Origin: Nitrospirota bacterium
GTDB lineage: Bacteria; Nitrospirota; Thermodesulfovibrionia; Thermodesulfovibrionales; UBA9159
DNA length: 64,000 nucleotides
Direction: 5' to 3'
NCBI GenBank assembly: GCA_963699545.1
Contig: CAVOUE010000007.1
Coordinates: 32,001-96,000, forward strand
Shown here: one piece after another, positions 34,306-42,788 of the stretch
Layout of the letters: every line of letters begins with the position of its first letter
How positions within the stretch are numbered: position 1 is the stretch's first letter
Translations under genes and position numbers: made by a program
The notes under the pieces: generated by a model
What the model was told of the DNA's origin: nothing
The model's database searches: none
Seen by the model: only the letters and a program-made list of their open reading frames with translations

Positions 34306-35838
34306 ATGAACAAGGTCCTCATCATCGATGATGAAGATGTAACGCGGAACACGTTTTCCGAAGTCCTCCGTTCATATCATTTTTCCACACTCGAGGCGTG
34401 CGACGGCAGAAGCGGGATCGGCGTATTTGAGAAAGAAATGCCGGATGCGGTTCTCCTTGACCTTCAGATGCCGGGTATGGACGGCATAGAGACGATGCAA
34501 GAAATGAAGAAGGTCGATCCCGATGTCCCCATCATCTTTGTAACCGGACATGGTGATATTCCCTCCGCGGTGGAAGCGGTCAAAATGGGGGCCTATGACT
34601 TCATTGTGAAGCCTCCAGACTATAGGATGCTCGTTCCTGCCATCGACAGGGCGGTCGCCCAACTGAGGCTGAAGAGAGAGAATGCAGCGGTCGGAGTTCA
34701 GCTCCTTGAGACCGAGGCCGCCAACAGGGAACTGAGAATAGAGATCACCGAGCGAAAGAGAGCCGAGGGTGCACTAAGAAAGAGTGAAGAGAACTATCGT
34801 AATCTGATTGAGACAATGAGCGAGGGACTGGGGGTTCAAGACAAGAACGGGTTGATCGTCTTTATGAACAAGCGGGCTTGTGAGATACTTGGATATGAAT
34901 TGGAAGAATTGATCGGCAAGCCGATCACCTCAGTGTACGATGAAGAAAACCAGAAAATCCTCCGGGAACAGATGGCGCAAAGACACGAGGGAAAACGCCA
35001 AAGTTATGAGATTGCCTGGACACGCAAGGACGGAGGGAAAATATTCACCATCATTGCGCCAAGTCCGCTTTTCGATGAAAGAGGGAACTATGAGGGAAGT
35101 ATTGCAATCTTTACCGACATCAGCGACCGGAAACTCACTGAAGAGGCCTTGCAGCAATATGCCCGGGAAATGAAGAATCTTTCCTCCCATTTGGTGAACG
35201 TTCAAGAAGCAGAGCGCCGCCAGGTGGCGCGAGAACTTCACGATGAGATAGGTCAGGCTTTGACCGGACTTAATTTCACCCTGGAGACAATGGAGAGTTT
35301 GCCGGAAGAGCTGATAAGGAACGAGTTGAAAAAGGCACACGCTCAGGTTGATGAATTGATGAGCCGTGTGCGCGACATGTCGCTCAGTCTTCGCCCGTCA
35401 ATGCTTGACGACCTCGGCCTTCTCCCTGCATTGCTGTGGCACTTCAGGAGATACACTGCCCAGACCAATATCCATGTAACGTTCAAGCACAGCCGCCTGG
35501 ATGGCCGCTTTGAGCCGGAAATCGAGACAGCCGTTTACCGGGTGGTGCAGGAGGCCTTGACGAATGTTGCCCGCCATGCCTCAACGGATAAAGCAGAAGT
35601 GTTGCTTATGCTCGAGAACGACGCTCTGGAGATACGCGTCCAGGACAGCGGCAAAGGCTTCGATCCGGGCGCCGCATCGGCCAGGGGAGATACCTCGGGT
35701 CTCTCCGGAATGCGTGAGCGGGCGGAACTCTTGGGGGGGAGGATGACCATCGAATCCGCACCCGGAACCGGGACCTCCCTGACAGTCAGGGTTCCCTTGC
35801 GGGAGCGAAGCCCGCAGAAGCCTTCAGAGGATGCATGA
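34306..35838 (+). CDS. REC-PAS-HisKA_3 histidine kinase (NarX/UhpB/NreB-type transmitter)
   Basis: ERRQVARELHDEIGQ; QEALTNVARHA; DSGKGFD; GLSGMRER. Confidence 0.92.
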   Translation: MNKVLIIDDEDVTRNTFSEVLRSYHFSTLEACDGRSGIGVFEKEMPDAVLLDLQMPGMDGIETMQEMKKVDPDVPIIFVTGHGDIPSAVEAVKMGAYDFIVKPPDYRMLVPAIDRAVAQLRLKRENAAVGVQLLETEAANRELRIEITERKRAEGALRKSEENYRNLIETMSEGLGVQDKNGLIVFMNKRACEILGYELEELIGKPITSVYDEENQKILREQMAQRHEGKRQSYEIAWTRKDGGKIFTIIAPSPLFDERGNYEGSIAIFTDISDRKLTEEALQQYAREMKNLSSHLVNVQEAERRQVARELHDEIGQALTGLNFTLETMESLPEELIRNELKKAHAQVDELMSRVRDMSLSLRPSMLDDLGLLPALLWHFRRYTAQTNIHVTFKHSRLDGRFEPEIETAVYRVVQEALTNVARHASTDKAEVLLMLENDALEIRVQDSGKGFDPGAASARGDTSGLSGMRERAELLGGRMTIESAPGTGTSLTVRVPLRERSPQKPSEDA

Positions 35839-36485
35839 TAACTGTAGTTCTGGCTGATGATCACCAGATCGTAAGGCAAGGCATCAGGGCGCTGCTTGAA
35901 AAACAGCCTGATTTCAAAGTCATCGGCGAAGCTGAAGACGGACTTGGGGCCGTTCATCTTGTTGAGGAGCTGAAACCCCGCGTCTTGATCCTGGACCTGA
36001 TGATGCCGGGGATTAACGGTATCGAAGTAACGCAGCGCGTCAAGAAAATCTCGCCTCTTACCGGTGTGGTGATCCTCTCCATGTACGAAAACATAGCGTA
36101 TGTCGCCGAAAGTCTCAAGAACGGAGCGGATGGTTATGTCCTCAAGGGTTCATCAGGAAACGACCTGGTTCAGGCGGTGACCGAGGTAATCGCAGGGCAT
36201 CGTCACCTGAGCGCACCTCTTACCGAAGACGATGTTGCGGCGTACGTCGAAATGAGTGAGACCTCACGGCTCGACCCATACGATACGCTCACCGCCCGCG
36301 AGCGTGAAGTCCTCCACATGGCAGCCGAAGGTCTCAGCAGCGCTGAAATAGCCGACCGACTCTCCATTAGCCCCCGAACCGTTGAGATCCATCGCGCAAA
36401 TATGATGCGCAAGCTTCGCTTTCATAGGCAGACCGAGCTTGTGCATTACGCCATACAGCGAGGGATCCTGCCTTTGGATAAGTAA
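35835..36485 (+). CDS. NarL/FixJ family response regulator (REC + LuxR HTH)
   Basis: ADDHQIVR; LDLMMP; LTAREREVL...ISPRTVEIHRANMMRKL. Confidence 0.95.
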   Translation: MITVVLADDHQIVRQGIRALLEKQPDFKVIGEAEDGLGAVHLVEELKPRVLILDLMMPGINGIEVTQRVKKISPLTGVVILSMYENIAYVAESLKNGADGYVLKGSSGNDLVQAVTEVIAGHRHLSAPLTEDDVAAYVEMSETSRLDPYDTLTAREREVLHMAAEGLSSAEIADRLSISPRTVEIHRANMMRKLRFHRQTELVHYAIQRGILPLDK

Positions 36486-36556
36486 GGCACCTGGAAGGGC
36501 ACCGCCTTTCTCCTCCCACAATTTTTCCCCTGAAGTTCAATAGTTAGACAGCTGAT

Positions 36557-36572
36557 TACGTAGAGATACGTA
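36557..36572. promoter_or_regulatory. 7-2-7 inverted repeat, candidate NarL-type binding site
   Basis: TACGTAG-AG-ATACGTA upstream of a TAGCAT -10-like hexamer (36596-36601). Confidence 0.45.
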
Positions 36573-36622
36573 TGGACAATACCTGTAAACATAACTAGCA
36601 TTTTAATTATAGGCAACTAACA

Positions 36623-37762
36623 ATGAGAGAACGGCGTCAAGAGGGATCACCGTATGGAGAGATCATGGCGGAGAAGGTCAAAGAAAGACAGGAATCTTCT
36701 TTTCTGAGATGCGGGGCATTTCCTGCCGGAACGGGGGGATCGCGAGGAGGAGAAATAAGACGGACCCTTCCTCTGAGAGGTAAAGCCGTTCTCATCTTAA
36801 TGCTTGCCGTTGTGATGCTTGTGGCTTTAACGGCCTGTCAAAAGCAACCCGGGCCGCCGGAAAAGATCACCTTTGCTTATTCAACCTTGCCTCATCCCAC
36901 GCTTTTTCATATCGCCTTCATCAGGGGTTTCTTCTCGGCTGAGGGGTTAGCGGTGACACCTCAGCCCCATGAATTCGGGAAACTGGCCCTCGCTTCGGTT
37001 CTCGACGGAAAAGCAGACTTGGCAACCCCCGCAGATACTCCAATAATGTTTGCCGTTACAGGCGGCAGGAAGATCTCCACGATCGCCGCAATCGCAACCT
37101 CAAACAAAAGCGTCGCCATTGTTGCCAGGAAGGACTTGGGGTTCGCGAGGCCCTCAGACATTAAAGGGAAAAAGATCGGCCTGACACGTGGCACTGCAGG
37201 CGAGTTCTTTATGGATTCCTTCCTTTCTACACGTGGGATAGGCAGGGAAGAGGTCAGGATCATTGACATGAAGCCCAACGAGATGCCCGATGCCCTCATC
37301 AAGGGAAAGGTCGATGCAGTCTCGACCTGGAATCCTACGCTGAAACACCTGCAAAAGGGCTTGGGAGACAACGGACTTACCTTTTACGACGAAACCATCT
37401 ATAGTGAAACCTTTTGTGTAGTAGCATCGCAGAAATTCATTAAAGAACGCCCCGAAGCGATAAAGAGCGTTCTGAGGGCTCTCATCAAGGCTGAGACATT
37501 TGTAAAACAGAACCCTGAGGAATCCAGGCGTCTTGTCGCCGAATTCATCAAAACAGATAAGGCCCTTCTTGACGAGATATGGGACTCCTACGATTTCAGG
37601 GTGACCCTGGACCAGTCCCTGCTCGTCAGCCTTGAGGACCAGACAAGGTGGGCATTGAAAAACAGATTGACCGGCAGTACAGGTATGCCCAACTATCTTG
37701 ACTTCATTTACTCCGACGGCCTGCGATCTGTCAAACCTGAGGCTGTCAGGATAATCAGGTAG
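36623..37762 (+). CDS. NMT1/SsuA/NrtA-type substrate-binding lipoprotein without cognate permease; start uncertain
   Basis: Hydrophobic stretch + LTAC lipobox; DIKGKKIG..GT; VDAVSTWNP. Confidence 0.8.
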   Translation: MRERRQEGSPYGEIMAEKVKERQESSFLRCGAFPAGTGGSRGGEIRRTLPLRGKAVLILMLAVVMLVALTACQKQPGPPEKITFAYSTLPHPTLFHIAFIRGFFSAEGLAVTPQPHEFGKLALASVLDGKADLATPADTPIMFAVTGGRKISTIAAIATSNKSVAIVARKDLGFARPSDIKGKKIGLTRGTAGEFFMDSFLSTRGIGREEVRIIDMKPNEMPDALIKGKVDAVSTWNPTLKHLQKGLGDNGLTFYDETIYSETFCVVASQKFIKERPEAIKSVLRALIKAETFVKQNPEESRRLVAEFIKTDKALLDEIWDSYDFRVTLDQSLLVSLEDQTRWALKNRLTGSTGMPNYLDFIYSDGLRSVKPEAVRIIR

Positions 37763-37774
37763 GAAGATAACAGG

Positions 37775-39725
37775 ATGAAGATCAGCACGAGACTACGATT
37801 CAATTCCTGGATCTCCCTGAGCGTGATTCTTCTCACGGTTCTTTCCCTCGGCTGGTCTTTGCGGGAAGCGTCCAAAGCAGACAAGAATCAGAGCCTCGTT
37901 ACGGAGCTCCGGAAAACCGCCCTTGAGAGAACAGTATTAAGGGACGAATATCTGCTGAATCGCGAAGAGCGTGCGAGGAGCCAGTGGCATTCGAAGTCTG
38001 AAAAGTTCAGAGGCCTATTGGGACTGGCCCGGGAGAGGTTCACCAAAACGTCGGACAGGGCGCTGTGTGAACAGATACAAAGAGACTTTGAGAGAACTGT
38101 CTCCATATTCTCTAAGATAGTGGAAAATCGTGAAAGGGAGAAAACCGCAGGAAAGGGCAGTCTCTTTTCCCCTGAGGGTGAGAAAAGGCTGCTCAGTCAG
38201 ATAATACTGAATGCATATGACTTGCTCGACAGCATCGGCAGACTGCATGAATCGGCTCAGAGGACATCTGCAACGGCACACAAAAGGATAGTTCTTTTCC
38301 TTATCACTTTTATCGCTCTTGTCGTCGTTACTACCGTTGGAAATTCCGCAATCGTCAACGGAATATTGGCGAGACGCATCTCGAGACTCCGCGAAGGAAC
38401 CGTAATCATCGGGGCCGGCAATCTGGACCATAGGATTGATATCAAGGGCAGTGACGAACTCTCGGACTTAGCCCGTGAGACAAATGAAATGGCAGCCAAA
38501 TTGATGGAATCGTATACGTCGGTGGCGAACTTGCAGAGGGAAATCACCGAACGCAAACGGGCTGATGCTGCGCTTTGCGAAAGCGAGGGACGCTATCGCT
38601 CATTGTTCGAGAATATGATCGAGGGTTATGCTTATTGTCAGATGCTCTTTGACGGCGATCGTCCGCTGGACTTCATCTATCTCGATGTCAACGGCGCATT
38701 CGAGAAACTGACGGGACTGAGAAATGTCGTCGGGAAGAAAGTCACGGAAGTGATCCCGGGCATACGCGAAGCTGACCCAGAGTTGTTCGAGATCTACGGC
38801 AGAGTGGCCTTGACAGGCGAGCCTGAGAGGTTCGAGACATACGTGGAAGCCTTAAACAACTGGTTTCATATCTCGGTATATAGCCCGAAAAAAGAACACT
38901 TCGTCGCGGTATTTGACGTCGTCACCGACCGCAAGCGGGCAGAGAAGGAGATCAGGAAACTCAACGAGGAACTGGAGCAGCGCGTCGTTGACCGCACGGC
39001 CCAACTGGGAGACTGCCAACAAGGAGATGGAGGCGTTCAGCTATTCGGTCTCCCATGACCTCCGGGCGCCGCTTCGTCATTTGACAGGATTTGTGGAATT
39101 GCTGAACAACAGAGCACCAGAGTCTCTGGATGAGAAGGCCAAACACTATCTGACAGTGATCTCGGATTCAGCACGGCAGATGGGCAGGCTAGTGGATGAC
39201 CTTCTCTCCTTTTCGAAGATGGGCCGCTCTGAAATGACGAGAAAGCATGTTAACCTTGACCATCTTGTGAAAGAAGTGTTAGGAGAACTTCAAACTGATA
39301 TGAAAGGACGGAACATCTTCTGGAAGATCGATCCCCTTCCGGAAGTGAACGGCGATCCTTCCATGCTCCGTCTCGTGTTCATCAACCTCGTCAGTAACGC
39401 GATCAAATTCACGCGCAAGCAGCCGCAGGCGCGAATTGAGATCGGGTGCATCCCGGACAATCCGGGAGAGAAGGTGTTTTTTGTGAAAGACAACGGAGTG
39501 GGCTTTGATATGCGTTACGTGGACAAGCTTTTCGGCCTGTTCCAGCGCCTCCACAGGACAGAGGAGTTTGAGGGAACAGGGGTGGGCCTTGCCAACGTCC
39601 AGCGCATCATCCACCGCCACGGCGGCAGGACCTGGGCCGAAAGTTCTTCAGAAGGAGGAGCAATCTTCTATTTTTCATTGCCGAAACAAATAGCAGTCAG
39701 CGATCAGCAATCAGCGGTTAGCTAA
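37775..39725 (+). CDS. Membrane sensor kinase TM-periplasmic-TM-HAMP-PAS-HisKA-HATPase (frameshift near 39010)
   Basis: Two TM segments; HAMP; FSYSVSHDLRAPLR; NAIKF; DNGVGF; FQRLH; GVGLA. Confidence 0.9.
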
Positions 39726-39790
39726 AGGATTATGAAAAGACATCAGCGATCAGCAATCAGCGGTCAGCTAAAGGCTGATAGCTAGAAGCG
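39691..39790 (+). repeat. Heptamer array TCAGCnn containing a 32-bp direct repeat
   Basis: tcagcgatcagcaatcagcggt(t/c)agctaaagg at 39697-39728 and 39743-39774. Confidence 0.9.
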
Positions 39791-39798
39791 AGGTTAAG

Positions 39799-40158
39799 TT
39801 GAAAGATTTGAGAGGATTGAAGGTCTGGGAAAAAGCTCATAACCTTGTTTTGTCAATCTATCATGCCACCAGCAAATTTCCCAAGGATGAGCTGTACGGT
39901 TTAACAAGCCAGATTAGGCGAGCCGGTATTTCAATCCCTGCCAATATAGCTGAGGGATGTTGCAGAAGCGGAGATGTGGAGTTTGCACGTTTTCTTCAGA
40001 TTGCAGCAGGGTCAGCAAGTGAACTCGAATACCATCTGTTGCTTGCTCATGATCTCAGGTTTCTCAATAGTGCAGACTTTGAACAGCTGAGAAAGGAATT
40101 GGTCGACGTGAAGCGTATGCTTTCGTCTTTCATTAAGAAGCTGAGAGCTGAACGCTGA
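39799..40158 (+). CDS. Four helix bundle protein (23S rRNA IVP / TIGR02436-like; Avd-related fold)
   Basis: LKVWEKAH; FPKDELYGLTSQIRRAGISIPANIAEG; FLQIAAGSASELEY. Confidence 0.92.
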   Translation: MKDLRGLKVWEKAHNLVLSIYHATSKFPKDELYGLTSQIRRAGISIPANIAEGCCRSGDVEFARFLQIAAGSASELEYHLLLAHDLRFLNSADFEQLRKELVDVKRMLSSFIKKLRAER

Positions 40159-40170
40159 CTGCTGAAAGCT
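40139..40170 (+). repeat. Inverse heptamer array nGCTGAn overlapping the four-helix gene stop
   Basis: AGCTGAG AGCTGAA CGCTGAC TGCTGAA AGCT. Confidence 0.85.
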
Positions 40171-40190
40171 TACTGAAGGAGGGATGATCC

Positions 40191-40646
40191 ATGATAACTG
40201 ACGTAAGGAGGATTTTACTTGTAGAGGACAATCCCAATGATGTGGAACTCACCATCGAGGCGCTGGGCGAGCATAATATCGCAAACATGGTCGATGTTGT
40301 CCGTGACGGAGAAGAGGCACTGGATTATCTCTATCGCAGGGGACAGTTCAAATCCCGGCCGAACGGTAATCCGGCTGTGGTACTCCTCGATCTCAAGCTT
40401 CCAAAGGTGAATGGCCATGAGGTGCTGAGAACGATACGATCAGATGAACGACTGAAGTTGCTTCCCGTCGTGGTCCTTACGTCTTCACGCGAGGAACAGG
40501 ACCTGACAGAAAGCTACAAGCTCGGTGCGAACGCCTATGTGGTCAAACCGGTGAATTTCCAGCAATTCATGGAGGCAGTGAAGAAGTTAGGTATATTCTG
40601 GGCGATCATCAATGAACCGCCGCCCATTAGCCGGGGAAAGGAGTAG
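40191..40646 (+). CDS. Single-domain response regulator (Rcp1-like)
   Basis: LLVEDNPND; LLDLKLPK; VVLTSSREEQD; GANAYVVKP. Confidence 0.93.
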   Translation: MITDVRRILLVEDNPNDVELTIEALGEHNIANMVDVVRDGEEALDYLYRRGQFKSRPNGNPAVVLLDLKLPKVNGHEVLRTIRSDERLKLLPVVVLTSSREEQDLTESYKLGANAYVVKPVNFQQFMEAVKKLGIFWAIINEPPPISRGKE

Positions 40647-40649
40647 GAT

Positions 40650-40731
40650 TGAGCCGTCGGCGATGAGCTCCCAGCTTGAGATTGTGGGCTGACCACCGAT
40701 AGCTGATTGCTGACCGCTGATAGCCGATTGC
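40650..40731 (+). repeat. ORF-less heptamer inverted-repeat element
   Basis: TGAGCCG TCGGCGA TGAGCTC CCAGCTT, loop, then GGCTGAC CACCGAT AGCTGAT TGCTGAC CGCTGAT AGCCGAT. Confidence 0.8.
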
Positions 40732-40738
40732 GAAAAAG

Positions 40739-42767
40739 ATGAAACAGACATTGCGCATACTTCATCTGGAAGACAATAAGCACGATGCCGAGCTTATTCA
40801 TGAAAAGCTTGCGGCGGAAGCCATCGAATGCGACGTGACACTTGTAGACACCCGCGAAGGTTTTATTTCTGCCGTTGAGCAGGGCGGATTTGACATAATC
40901 CTTGCAGACTACAAACTTCCTTCTTTTGACGGCATGTCAGCCCTGAAGCTTGCGAATGAAAAGTGTCCTGAAGTACCTTTTATCTTTATATCGGGAACTA
41001 TAGGCGAAGACACGGCCGTCGAAGCCCTCAAGAGCGGAGCAACCGATTATATCATCAAAGACAGACTCTCACGGCTTGCATCGGCGGTGAATAGGGCGTT
41101 ACAGGAGGCTGAATCCGGAAGAGAGCGCAAGCGGGCAGAGGGCGAACTGGTGCGTCTTTATCAGCAGGTGAAGGAAGAGGCGGAGGTCTCCGGGTCGCTC
41201 CTGCAGATGGTCGAGGCGTTGAACAGGAGCCTTGATGAAAGGGAACTCATAAAGACTGTCACTCAACTTGCTCCACACTACCTGAAATTCGACAGGATTG
41301 CGATATTCCTCCTCGATGAGGACGTCAAGAGTTTTATGTTTTCCGGCGGATACGGTTTCAGCCCTGTGGAAGAGGGGATATTGCTTTCGCGGAACTTCAA
41401 GTCAGGTGATTTCCCTGCAATGGACAAGGCGATCGCAGGGGAGACGGTAATCGTAGAAAATGGGCGGGAAACCGATCTCATAAGCAAAGAGCTGGTTGAC
41501 ACATTCGGCATAATGGGCGCCGTGATCGTTCCCATCATTGCCAGGGAGAAAGTGATCGGAGGGATATATGCTGATTATAAGACCCTGAGGCCCATCGAAA
41601 AGAGGGAAGTCTCATTCCTGAAAGGCCTTGCAGACGGGATTGCCATCGCCCTTCAGAACAGCAGGCTTTACAGGGACTCCGTCAAAAAACTGATGGAGTT
41701 GCAGGGGAAGATCGGGACGATCAAGGCCATGTCACAGCTGGATAAAGAGATACTTTCCTCTATTGACAGGAACACCGTTCTGAGAACGGCTGCGGCGCTG
41801 ATAAACAAGGTAGTCCCCTGCGACCGAGTGGGCATCGTCCTTAGGGAAGGGGACAGGTGTGCGGTTGTTTCGGAATGGGGCGCCGGAGATTTCCGCGACA
41901 AGACGTATACGATTAAGGGCAGTCATCTTGAGGCCTTTGACAGAAACCGGGCGGCCGTTTACATTGACGACGTCACCCGGGACGACTGTCCCTATCATAA
42001 AAGCCAGAGGGAGATCGGTATCGTGTCTTCCCTTCTCATCCCCCTCGTGACGAAGGAAGGGGTCGTGGGCTTTCTGGATATCGGTTTGACCCATCCCGGC
42101 AGGCTTACTCCCGAACATCTTATGACCGCAGAGAACATCGCGTCACAGATATCGGTGGCATTGGAAAATTCCAGGCTTTATGACGAACTGCAGCAGCTTC
42201 TCGTCAGCACTATTAAGTCCCTGGCCTCCGCCATTGATGCGAAATCCCCCTGGACACAGGGACATTCCGAGAGGGTAACACAGTACGCGCTGCAGATCGG
42301 CGGCGAAATGGGATTGAAGGAGGAAGAACTGGAACGGCTGAAGCTTTCAGGTCTCCTCCACGACGTGGGCAAGATCGGTACCTATGACATACTCCTTGAC
42401 AAGCCCTCCAAACTCACGGACGAGGAGTTCGCGCTGGTGAAGAAGCATCCGGGGAAGGGAGCGGAGGATCCTGGCGCCTATACGGCAATTAAGCGATGTC
42501 ATTCCCGGTGTCCGTTACCATCACGAGCGATATGACGGCAAGGGATATCCCGACGGCCTGAAGGGAGAGAACATACCCTTTTTTGCCCGTATCCTCTGTG
42601 TAGCGGATTCCTTCGATTCCATGACCGCGGACAGGCCTTACCGGCCGTCACCGGGGAAGGAGTATGCGATCTCAGAATTCAGGCGGTGCAGCGGTTCACA
42701 GTTCGACCCTCATGTGGTCGATGCGTTCCTGAAGGTCCTCAGCAGGCCGGAGGAGGGATCACCATAA
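40739..42767 (+). CDS. REC-GAF-GAF-HD-GYP cyclic dinucleotide phosphodiesterase (frameshift near 42466)
   Basis: GHSERV; LLHDVGKIG; the shifted frame gives HHERYDGKGYPDGL, ADSFDSMT, GSQFDP and a TAA at 42765-42767. Confidence 0.9.
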
Positions 42768-42788
42768 GAAGGGCCACCCTCTCTTATT

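Noticed and set aside
39691-39790. The 32-bp direct repeat as a mini CRISPR array
   Set aside because: Only two copies, a 14-nt spacer, internal 7-mer periodicity and no cas genes.
39799-40158. Diversity-generating retroelement, because the protein is Avd-like
   Set aside because: No reverse transcriptase and no TR/VR pair with adenine-specific mismatches seen in the window.
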